DNA of 64,000 nt, taken from positions 124,802-188,801 of IMG/VR virus record IMGVR_UViG_3300022602_002120. One strand, 5' to 3'. Shown here one piece after another: positions 18,130 to 25,870 of this stretch. Below the pieces are notes generated by a model. That model saw nothing but the letters and a program-made list of their open reading frames with translations. It had not been told where the DNA came from and did not search any database. This stretch comes from a virus. Position 1 is the first letter of the stretch. The number at the start of each line of letters is the position of its first letter. The translations under genes were made by a program, and so were the position numbers.

Positions 18130-18871
18130 ATTGATATTCAAAAAAAGGTTTTTTAATGGTTCTGTAAATATTGTGTTTAAATCTACACTGTATTTCTGGA
18201 TGGATAAATGTTGTATTTGCTGAACTATCACTAGGAGTATAACCATCTGTAAATAGATCAATATATTGTGTATTAGTATTGTTTAGTGCTTGCTTAATTA
18301 AAAATCCATCGTATGGTTTTTCTAGAGTTTTTATATGATCACCATATAAAATTTTTAACTCAGCAACAAACTCGTACTTGTCTTGGTGGCTAGCATCAAA
18401 AATTAGTATGCCGCTTTCAACATGATCTTCATTTCTCCAATCAGTTATACCTTTTTCAATTTGACAGGCTATAAATTTATTATCTAGTAGGTCGGGTATA
18501 AAATTGTTAAAATCAGTAAATGGCTTAAATTCACAATCTCCATCTAACCACACAATGTATCCCTCGGAATATTTTTCTAATATGTCTAAGATTACAAACG
18601 CTTTATGACTAAACTTAATTCCTAATTGTTTATACCCATTTTGACTAACTGTGTCTGACAGGTAAAAATCATCAGCCCATACTTTGTGTTGTGGTATGCT
18701 AGCATTAAAGTCTACTACTGTTATTCTGTTACTAGGTGCAATAAAGTCAAAATCTGTATAGACTATAGCGGTAACATTTTGTGTATTGGAAATAAACCCG
18801 TCTACCCAAGTTTTACCGTAGGCCTCATATCCCTCTTTAGAGAATGTAGTAATAAAAATAGTGTGTTTCAT
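18122..18871 (-). CDS. GT-A fold glycosyltransferase-like protein
   Basis: KFSHK, IVWLDGD DxD motif, ESGILIF, YDG. Confidence 0.7.
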   Translation of the reverse strand: MKHTIFITTFSKEGYEAYGKTWVDGFISNTQNVTAIVYTDFDFIAPSNRITVVDFNASIPQHKVWADDFYLSDTVSQNGYKQLGIKFSHKAFVILDILEKYSEGYIVWLDGDCEFKPFTDFNNFIPDLLDNKFIACQIEKGITDWRNEDHVESGILIFDASHQDKYEFVAELKILYGDHIKTLEKPYDGFLIKQALNNTNTQYIDLFTDGYTPSDSSANTTFIHPEIQCRFKHNIYRTIKKPFFEYQYV

Positions 18872-19449
18872 TTAATAATAATTTTACGTAGATCCGGATA
18901 CTCTTTGTATTTAGGTTCTTGATCTGCAAATGGTAATTTTTCTAGGGCCTTAACAGCTTCTTCTATAGTTGGACGATAGTGATACCCGACTTCGAAAATC
19001 TTTTGATCTTGCCAAGGTAATATATTCAAATCACGCCCGTCGCTACGTTGACGTATTAGTTTTTGATATGCTTGAGTATCATCTAATAGAATAGCGCCTC
19101 CTCGACCTATGTCCAGGGGTTTATCATAGCCGAAGCTTAAACACTGCATCTGTCCTGAGCGATACATGCCCATTCGAAGTAGACGTGCGCTATCCCAAAT
19201 ACGTGTACCTTTTAGTTGGTATTCACCAGTCCATGTTTCATCTAGTAGATCATAGCTAATATCTAGCTTGTGTAAGGTCATGGGCACGCTCAGATATGTA
19301 TAAGCAGTGAGTTGGCAATGATGAATATGATCATAGCGTAGGCATAGCTCTAAGGCATGGGTACAGCAATCAGTCATGACTACATAAGGTGCGCCAGTAA
19401 GCTGACCTAATGCCTGTTCAAACTTGTATATTGGATCAAATGCGTTCAT
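18868..19449 (-). CDS. DegT/DnrJ/EryC1/StrS-like PLP sugar aminotransferase (short form)
   Basis: FE..L...TG, CTHALEL, WDSA, SFGYDKP..GRGG; much shorter than canonical family members. Confidence 0.75.
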   Translation of the reverse strand: MNAFDPIYKFEQALGQLTGAPYVVMTDCCTHALELCLRYDHIHHCQLTAYTYLSVPMTLHKLDISYDLLDETWTGEYQLKGTRIWDSARLLRMGMYRSGQMQCLSFGYDKPLDIGRGGAILLDDTQAYQKLIRQRSDGRDLNILPWQDQKIFEVGYHYRPTIEEAVKALEKLPFADQEPKYKEYPDLRKIIIK

Positions 19450-20099
19450 ACCCAATGTTTTTTTACCTGTATTAATTCTAAATTATTGCTTGGTTTTTGT
19501 CTACTAGTAAACAACAACAATGATGGATCTATAATAGGATCATCTAATAGTTCGTTGTGTCGCCATTCGATGAAGTGTTTGCTAGTATAATCATTGATTG
19601 TATATGGAGTTACTCTGTCAGATATATACACCTGATCTCCAAATCCTCTGGGCCCTGGTGTCCAATACTGTTGAACTATTTCATCTTTATTAGTAATGTA
19701 TTCATCAAATAAGTAACTATAGTCGCCATTCCAAAACATAACACTACTATTAATTTTATTATTTGGTTCTCTAACCATTAAGAATTGATCTTGAGGCAAC
19801 AATAATATATCATCGGTGATGTTCTTGCAGATTACTATATCTAGGTCTAGATATAAGGTTGGCCCTTGCAAAATATCTTTACGAAATAATTCTATTTTAT
19901 TCCAAAAAATATCAGAATTAGTTATTAACGGTATTGTATTGTAATCTGTAGATATGTTTGATAAACACACAAACTCAAATGGTATGTTTAAATTTTTACT
20001 AATTCCGCGATATAATTTGTCAACCCATTCACTTGAATATTTCGGACCGCGTGGATTATCTTGAACATTTAATACACATGCTACATTAATCTTGTTCAC
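19446..20099 (-). CDS. GT-A glycosyltransferase (GT8-like)
   Basis: WNKIELF, LYLDLD DxD, NSSVMFW, GDQ. Confidence 0.75.
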   Translation of the reverse strand: MNKINVACVLNVQDNPRGPKYSSEWVDKLYRGISKNLNIPFEFVCLSNISTDYNTIPLITNSDIFWNKIELFRKDILQGPTLYLDLDIVICKNITDDILLLPQDQFLMVREPNNKINSSVMFWNGDYSYLFDEYITNKDEIVQQYWTPGPRGFGDQVYISDRVTPYTINDYTSKHFIEWRHNELLDDPIIDPSLLLFTSRQKPSNNLELIQVKKHWV

Positions 20100-20445
20100 T
20101 TAAGTGATCTCTTTTGACTTCTCTGACCGGACATTCAAGTAGTTCTGCTATTTTATTCTTTACACCAATTCGTTTGTTGTTCCAATCTCTGATTAAAATG
20201 GCTCTACGTCCAATTTCTGCCAGATCTAATTCTAATTCTTTACCAGATTTTAGTTCTTTCTCTAGTTCCCAAATAGTATTATGAATTTCTTTTAACTCAT
20301 CAAATAAAGTTCGAACAGAATTTAACTCGGATTGACTTACTTGATCTTTATACCATTTTAATTCATCTGAATTGGATTGGGTGCGTTCCCATTTTACTTC
20401 AGCAATAGCTAATCTATCAAAGAACTCAATCACTGGGAATTTCAT
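20086..20445 (-). CDS. DUF6165-like helical protein
   Basis: FDRLAIAEVK...IWELE...N.KR..KNKI pattern. Confidence 0.55.
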   Translation of the reverse strand: MKFPVIEFFDRLAIAEVKWERTQSNSDELKWYKDQVSQSELNSVRTLFDELKEIHNTIWELEKELKSGKELELDLAEIGRRAILIRDWNNKRIGVKNKIAELLECPVREVKRDHLSEQD

Positions 20446-21469
20446 ATGTATTATCCTTAATTAATTGTTTTAATGCTTGTACTAAATCGTTTTTATGTGG
20501 ATCAAACTTCCCAGAGTAAAAATTATCAATATTACGTTGTCTGCGATTGTGTAAAGCTATATTAATACTTAGTAGATCCTTTGATAATAGATCTTTAATC
20601 AGAGTGTGTAATTTGTTAAACCTAGTTTCAAAATCTAACTCGCAATCGTAGTAACTATGATCAATCACATCGTCATATACATCAACCCCTTGCTTGCGCA
20701 ACCGATCTATATAAAATGGATTTGCTAGGGCTACAAACATTTGTCCTGATAAAATAGGTTTCCAGATCTTTTCGGTTTGATGTATACGATTGATAATCGT
20801 AGTTTCGGGTACAATATTAATGTATGCATCAGTAAACGCAGGATGACTTACATCTGTGCCGACATTGACCCAATTTGGCAATCCTTCGGACTCTGCAATT
20901 TGATGCCTAGTGGGTAAAGTTACATTAACAATTTCCCACCATTGTTTATAGCAATCATCTAATTGATAATCTTCGTTAATCCGATGATCTAGATTACCCC
21001 CAAAAATTTGATTTATAACTTTATTAGAAGAATATTCTTGCATTTTAAAATAATTTAAAACTCTATGAGGTCTAGGATTTCCGTGCAGACAAGATATACT
21101 ATAAGATTTTTGATCAACAAGCGGTGGAATAACTACTTTTTCTATAGGGGTTAATGTATAATTAAACCCGTGTACAACCTTCTCGTGATACCAATAAGGG
21201 TGGTGTATTAGTTTAGGTCTTGTTAGATGATTTTCATAGATGTGTGTTAATATTAAAAAATTTACATTAGCACGTTCTAATTCATCATACAAAGAGCCTA
21301 TAAAATTATCAGTGCCCCAATTTTCTAAGCAACAATTAATAAGCACAGCGGATTCTTTTGCCAGGGAATTAATTTTATTGATATCCCATCGCCATTGTTC
21401 ATTGAGTAATGTCAGTGGATTTTCGATATATGTTACAGGCAGCCGTTGGGCTAATAGGTACATAAACAT
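20426..21469 (-). CDS. glycosyltransferase-like hypothetical protein
   Basis: 347 aa; INIVPET...TEKIWKP...F motif typical of phage GT-B-like proteins. Confidence 0.5.
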   Translation of the reverse strand: MFMYLLAQRLPVTYIENPLTLLNEQWRWDINKINSLAKESAVLINCCLENWGTDNFIGSLYDELERANVNFLILTHIYENHLTRPKLIHHPYWYHEKVVHGFNYTLTPIEKVVIPPLVDQKSYSISCLHGNPRPHRVLNYFKMQEYSSNKVINQIFGGNLDHRINEDYQLDDCYKQWWEIVNVTLPTRHQIAESEGLPNWVNVGTDVSHPAFTDAYINIVPETTIINRIHQTEKIWKPILSGQMFVALANPFYIDRLRKQGVDVYDDVIDHSYYDCELDFETRFNKLHTLIKDLLSKDLLSINIALHNRRQRNIDNFYSGKFDPHKNDLVQALKQLIKDNTYEIPSD

Positions 21470-21503
21470 TATTTGATATTTTCTAAATGGGAATTTATAA
21501 ATT

Positions 21504-21533
21504 AATATAACATGATTATTTAGGCGGTGTCAA
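21504..21533 (-). repeat. promoter direct repeat copy 2
   Basis: tataacatgattatttagg...tgtcaa, near-identical to 16562-16589. Confidence 0.8.
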
Positions 21534-21573
21534 ATATTATTTGACATTTTCTGATATTCTGAAAATATAGATG

Positions 21574-22602
21574 TCATAGGTATAGTGTTTCAATTTGGGT
21601 TGGGTTATTTAAGATATTTTGTATTTCAATATTACTTTTGTTTGGTCTACAAGGTTGACAGAATGACACATTAGTTTTGTTATAAATTTCATTGTGACGA
21701 GCATTTAGCCACAGGTCTCTAAAGTCATCCTTGTCCCATGCTCCTAAAGCATATTGCGGATTACCTTTATTTTCACAGCATACGTAGATTTTACCGTCTG
21801 CACAAAATACAGGAAACTGAAACATTTGATGGCATTTTTTATAGTTTCTAGGTAGAGTCTTGTTAATATTAACCCAATGTGGTATTTGGTATTTCTTACT
21901 TAACTCTTCTAGCATTGTAAGTGTTTGCGCTGTAATAGGATGTGCTTGCCCGTTGACTATCACAGGTCTAAAGTATAATCCTCTACCTTTAACTGAGCTA
22001 ACTAGTCTGAATAAATCATCCATTGCCTGCAGATTGTCGTTTAAGGGATTAATCAAACACTTAAAATCAACATTGACTCCGATCTCTATTAGATTCTTTG
22101 CATTGTCGATAACACGGCTGAATAAACTTTTAGCTGTTAAACTATGTCTGATTTCTTCATAAAGATCTTCGGTACCTGCATCAATATCAATGCCAATCCA
22201 CGCAATTTTTTTTAGTTTTTCTATTACAATACTGTCTAATAACTTGTCTAAGTGACTACCGTTCGATGTAATAGCAGTTAAGAATCCTAGATCTATTGTG
22301 TATTCGATTACATTTTCAAACCCTGTTAGTATACTAGGTTCACCGCCACCTGGATAGGTGATTGTGTGGGTAGTGCCGTAACTGTTTGGGCTATGTGTTC
22401 GCCACCCTGCAAGTTTATCTAATAGTATAATGTATTCGTTATATTTCTTTTGGACCGGTTGCTCTTTTCTAAACTCAGCTGAATTGCAATAATAACAATC
22501 TTGATTACATACATTAGTTAGATCAATATCCACTTGCGCAGGTAATAAGATCATCGAATCTTTGTTTTTCATCCAATGCACTACTTCAGCATATTGATAC
22601 AT
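21574..22602 (-). CDS. radical SAM / SPASM-domain protein
   Basis: CNQDCYYC, GGGEP, C-terminal C...CC...CQPC auxiliary-cluster cysteines. Confidence 0.88.
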   Translation of the reverse strand: MYQYAEVVHWMKNKDSMILLPAQVDIDLTNVCNQDCYYCNSAEFRKEQPVQKKYNEYIILLDKLAGWRTHSPNSYGTTHTITYPGGGEPSILTGFENVIEYTIDLGFLTAITSNGSHLDKLLDSIVIEKLKKIAWIGIDIDAGTEDLYEEIRHSLTAKSLFSRVIDNAKNLIEIGVNVDFKCLINPLNDNLQAMDDLFRLVSSVKGRGLYFRPVIVNGQAHPITAQTLTMLEELSKKYQIPHWVNINKTLPRNYKKCHQMFQFPVFCADGKIYVCCENKGNPQYALGAWDKDDFRDLWLNARHNEIYNKTNVSFCQPCRPNKSNIEIQNILNNPTQIETLYL

Positions 22603-22606
22603 TATA

Positions 22607-23680
22607 TTATTTAATGTTTTCTAATAGATTGGTAGCACTAAAGAAATAGTGATGTAAGCCTCGAGCCTGTTGCGGAACATATCTAGCATATTCATCATAG
22701 TTAGACATAAACTCACGAATGTGTGCTATCAGCTCTTGCTTGTGATGTAGGTAATTGCTGTAACTTTCTGTCCACTCGCTAGGATAACGCCATATCTCAG
22801 CATACATTTCCGTGTATGACAAACGATCAGGAACCATTGGAATAGCATCAGTTAAGGCACCTTCATACATGCTAATACCTAGAGTTTCTTGTAGGTTAGC
22901 ACTAAACACCATCTTAGCTTCGCCTAGTAAGGTATGATAACCTTCTTTACTAAGTCCTAGCTCTTGACAAACAATCCATTCATATTCGGGCATTGCTTGA
23001 GCAAGATCTTTAAAGATTTCTACCTGCTTCTCTGGTGCTATACGATGCGGGAATAAGATTAGGTCACGCTTTGCGGTCTTATAAGGCGTAATAGTCTCTG
23101 GCATATATTCCATAGGCCAACCTGTGCGTACAACTTTACCTGAACGTTTTTCTATAGTCTTCCAAAACTCAGTTGCTGAGTCCTTGCCAAATGTTTTAGC
23201 AAACAAATCAATATGAAAGTCCGTGGCAAAGTAGTTGTGATCAATAGCATGATAGAAACTTTGTTCAGCATGTCTAACCCAAGCCGCATCACCAATAAGG
23301 CGTCCTAAGAAGTCCTGTGGATCATAACTGCCAGCGTGCCAAAGTGCGTGTATAGTTACTTTAATACCCAGTAGTTCAGACATATACTTAAGATTAATAA
23401 TCCCAGGGTGCCAAGCATCAGTAAATATGAAGTGGTCCCCCGACTTAACCCTGCCCTCAGTGAAGAGTCTTCCCATTCGCTCCACTTGACTAGCCTTGTA
23501 GATATTAGTACCACCAAAATTAAGGAAAGCACCAGGAGTTGTGGCACTAGGTATATCAGTCGGGCCCGCGATAACATAGACTTCATGGCCATGCTCCTCA
23601 AGTAACTTAGGTACATGAGTCTTCCACTGACCCGTGTACCTAGTTTCAACTGCTTCTAGATCAACTAGATATACAGTCAT
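22607..23680 (-). CDS. GT-B (GT4-like, retaining) glycosyltransferase
   Basis: FPHRIAPEKQ donor-binding segment and ETLGISMYE (EX7E) motif. Confidence 0.82.
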   Translation of the reverse strand: MTVYLVDLEAVETRYTGQWKTHVPKLLEEHGHEVYVIAGPTDIPSATTPGAFLNFGGTNIYKASQVERMGRLFTEGRVKSGDHFIFTDAWHPGIINLKYMSELLGIKVTIHALWHAGSYDPQDFLGRLIGDAAWVRHAEQSFYHAIDHNYFATDFHIDLFAKTFGKDSATEFWKTIEKRSGKVVRTGWPMEYMPETITPYKTAKRDLILFPHRIAPEKQVEIFKDLAQAMPEYEWIVCQELGLSKEGYHTLLGEAKMVFSANLQETLGISMYEGALTDAIPMVPDRLSYTEMYAEIWRYPSEWTESYSNYLHHKQELIAHIREFMSNYDEYARYVPQQARGLHHYFFSATNLLENIK

Positions 23681-23919
23681 TAGCGTGGATTCCGACCTTG
23701 ATAACCGCTAGGCTGGCCGTTGCGTTGTTGCCATTGTTGGCGTTTCTTGCGGCGTTCTTGCCACTCACGATACTCTACTGACTTGTAAAGATCAGCTTCG
23801 TCGAACTTGATCATACGGAAACGACAGTAGTTCAACCATGCGTCCAAGTCGTTATAGATTTTTGTTACTTCTGGGCTCATACGAAGATACTTCTTAAGCC
23901 ATACTGGTTGTGATGCCAC
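23680..23919 (-). CDS. hypothetical protein
   Basis: 79 aa, Gln/Arg-rich C-terminus, coupled to GT gene. Confidence 0.7.
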   Translation of the reverse strand: MASQPVWLKKYLRMSPEVTKIYNDLDAWLNYCRFRMIKFDEADLYKSVEYREWQERRKKRQQWQQRNGQPSGYQGRNPR

Positions 23920-23930
23920 GATAAATCTCC

Positions 23931-24380
23931 TTAAATAGTGACAGTTTGGTAAGGTTGGGTTTGGTTATAAAAGATGGTACACCCGTTTTCACCATCTTCA
24001 CTTACTTCAATGTGAACATCGCGATTGGGATACTTTTGTGCAATCTGCACGTATAGATCATCTGCGATCATCTCGCATGATCTGTAATTTAGTTCTAATA
24101 CGGAACCTTTACCCACATACAGGCTTTCAAGCCATCGTTTGAACTGGATGAACTCGATGTCCCTGTCATTGTGCCACACATCAATTGACACCCTGAAATG
24201 AAAAATGTGGCGGTGAGGATTAGCAAGGAACGATACATCATATTCATCTCCAGTTTTAAGTAATGGGTTAACTGCGGCATCTGGGTAGCAATGAATGCCT
24301 TCCTTCTGGAAAGTAACCCAAATCTTTCTCTTAGCTGCAATTAGAATTCTATCTACTAAGTCACGTTCTGCTTGTATCAT
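23931..24380 (-). CDS. QueD-paralog T-fold protein, DpdL-like
   Basis: LANPHRHIF matches the LxxxHRHxF signature I recall for DpdL; DRDIEF, SCEMIA, V.EDGENG. Confidence 0.7.
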   Translation of the reverse strand: MIQAERDLVDRILIAAKRKIWVTFQKEGIHCYPDAAVNPLLKTGDEYDVSFLANPHRHIFHFRVSIDVWHNDRDIEFIQFKRWLESLYVGKGSVLELNYRSCEMIADDLYVQIAQKYPNRDVHIEVSEDGENGCTIFYNQTQPYQTVTI

Positions 24381-24970
24381 CGGTCATACTCGAAAAGATT
24401 TTGAAAAGTTGATTTACTCATTGATATTACAGTATCCATTCGCCCACTGTCAAGCCTGAAAGCATAACTATTTGAATTATTTACTTGTTCAAGATAGCCA
24501 AAAAATCCTTTGTGCGCACAAGTTTTAATTTTATTATTTTTTAATAACTGTGATCTGCTATGTTCGTAGCTGAGTTTAAAGTGTTCTTGAATATGATCTT
24601 GATCAAAATCAATAATATCGATAGACTCGATAACATTGATTTCAGGCTTATAACCATTTGTAGTAAATCGTAACTGTTTACATATTTTTTTATAAAACGT
24701 AGTGTCAGTCCATTCAGGGGTATTTAAGATATCTTGAATAGTCATCGAGCCTGCTGTCTGCGGACTTGTAGAACGTCGATCTCTTGATTTAACTTCTAGT
24801 TCTAGCTCAGGAATATCCACGGATCCTGTCTTATCAACAGGGACTCCGATAGAAATTAATAAGTCTTCAATTGCTCGCCCAGCTAACCCTTCAAACTTAG
24901 TAGGCAAATGTTTACCTATAAGTTGTTTTCTTAGCATGTCTAAAAATATATTTTCAGCATTGGATATCAT
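24377..24970 (-). CDS. MutH/Sau3AI-like PD-(D/E)xK endonuclease
   Basis: GRAIE...VD...ELEVKS catalytic motif, then W.DT.FYKK segment. Confidence 0.6.
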   Translation of the reverse strand: MISNAENIFLDMLRKQLIGKHLPTKFEGLAGRAIEDLLISIGVPVDKTGSVDIPELELEVKSRDRRSTSPQTAGSMTIQDILNTPEWTDTTFYKKICKQLRFTTNGYKPEINVIESIDIIDFDQDHIQEHFKLSYEHSRSQLLKNNKIKTCAHKGFFGYLEQVNNSNSYAFRLDSGRMDTVISMSKSTFQNLFEYDR

Positions 24971-25494
24971 TTGATAATTTCATCCTTTCCGTACTGATCC
25001 CAGTCAGTAAAAGTTTCTCTAGTAGTTAATGAATGTAAGGTATGACACCAAACTCCTGGATTACTATATTCAAAGTCCAAGTCGTCTAGCTTAATTGTAG
25101 CATTATATCCAAGCTGTGTCAAGTGGGGAATTTTAACTGAAATTTGTGGAATAAATTTACGGTGTCCAATTACAGGCATTTCAAGAACACCTTGTACAAC
25201 ACTGACATCAAAGTCTAAAGTACACCAATAGCCTGCATCTAAACACTGATCGATCATACGTTCCCATGGACGCCATTGATCAGCATCATCTGTAGCTAAC
25301 TGTGGAAAACTTTGATTAGCACCAAAGTAGATGTGTGTACAACTATTTGCCACAGCAAGAGTTTTGATTGCAATGAAATCTTGTACACCTACTACAAACA
25401 ATGTTTTCATATCATAGGCAGGAGTCTTTTCAATTTCTACACCTGTGAAGAATTTAACGTTTTCTTTAGTGCCTGTACTATATTCGCGTTTCAT
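24967..25494 (-). CDS. unknown protein in dpdA cluster
   Basis: Start reassigned to MKREYSTG (ATGA overlap); TLFVVG, HIYFGAN, KLDD.DF..SNPGVW motifs; no family recognised. Confidence 0.75.
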   Translation of the reverse strand: MKREYSTGTKENVKFFTGVEIEKTPAYDMKTLFVVGVQDFIAIKTLAVANSCTHIYFGANQSFPQLATDDADQWRPWERMIDQCLDAGYWCTLDFDVSVVQGVLEMPVIGHRKFIPQISVKIPHLTQLGYNATIKLDDLDFEYSNPGVWCHTLHSLTTRETFTDWDQYGKDEIIK

Positions 25495-25685
25495 TCTACA
25501 CGGCCATTTTCTTCTGACCACAGCGCATCGTTGCGAGCAAGTTGCTCTGGGGTTAATAAACATTCTATTAGAATAAAACGTTTACTCATATATGGAAGTT
25601 TATCTAATTCAGTGGCTAGGGCTACTCTGGCCTGTAGATTAGCCAGACGTTTGCTTTCTAAATATTCTTTATATAATTTAATCAT
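25491..25685 (-). CDS. hypothetical protein
   Basis: 64 aa coupled ORF. Confidence 0.6.
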   Translation of the reverse strand: MIKLYKEYLESKRLANLQARVALATELDKLPYMSKRFILIECLLTPEQLARNDALWSEENGRVE

Positions 25686-25869
25686 TTAATGAATCCAATT
25701 TTTGTTTAGTGTCTTCAAGTTGACGACGTACATGGGCTTTTTCTTGTTTCATTTTGCTCAAACCTGCGTCATCCATATAATGAGTATACCCATCTTTTAT
25801 CTTTTTGTCAAGTGTTTTGTGAGTTTCTTCTAAGTGTTTAATATGGTGTTCTAAACTAAGTTTGTCCAT
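25678..25869 (-). CDS. DUF465/YdcH-like coiled-coil protein
   Basis: L...H..LD.KI...LK..K....D pattern. Confidence 0.65.
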   Translation of the reverse strand: MDKLSLEHHIKHLEETHKTLDKKIKDGYTHYMDDAGLSKMKQEKAHVRRQLEDTKQKLDSLND

Positions 25870-25870
25870 G

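Noticed and set aside
18130-18261. Long N-terminal extension of the 17317 ORF and similar extended starts (8094, 25563, 43831, 58794)
   Set aside because: Extensions overlap upstream genes out of frame; internal ATGs coupled to the upstream stop are more plausible
23931-24380. Second ordinary QueD or a QueF-like nitrile reductase
   Set aside because: Lacks the QueD C..HGH motif; has HRHxF instead, and no nitrile (preQ0) source is present in the window
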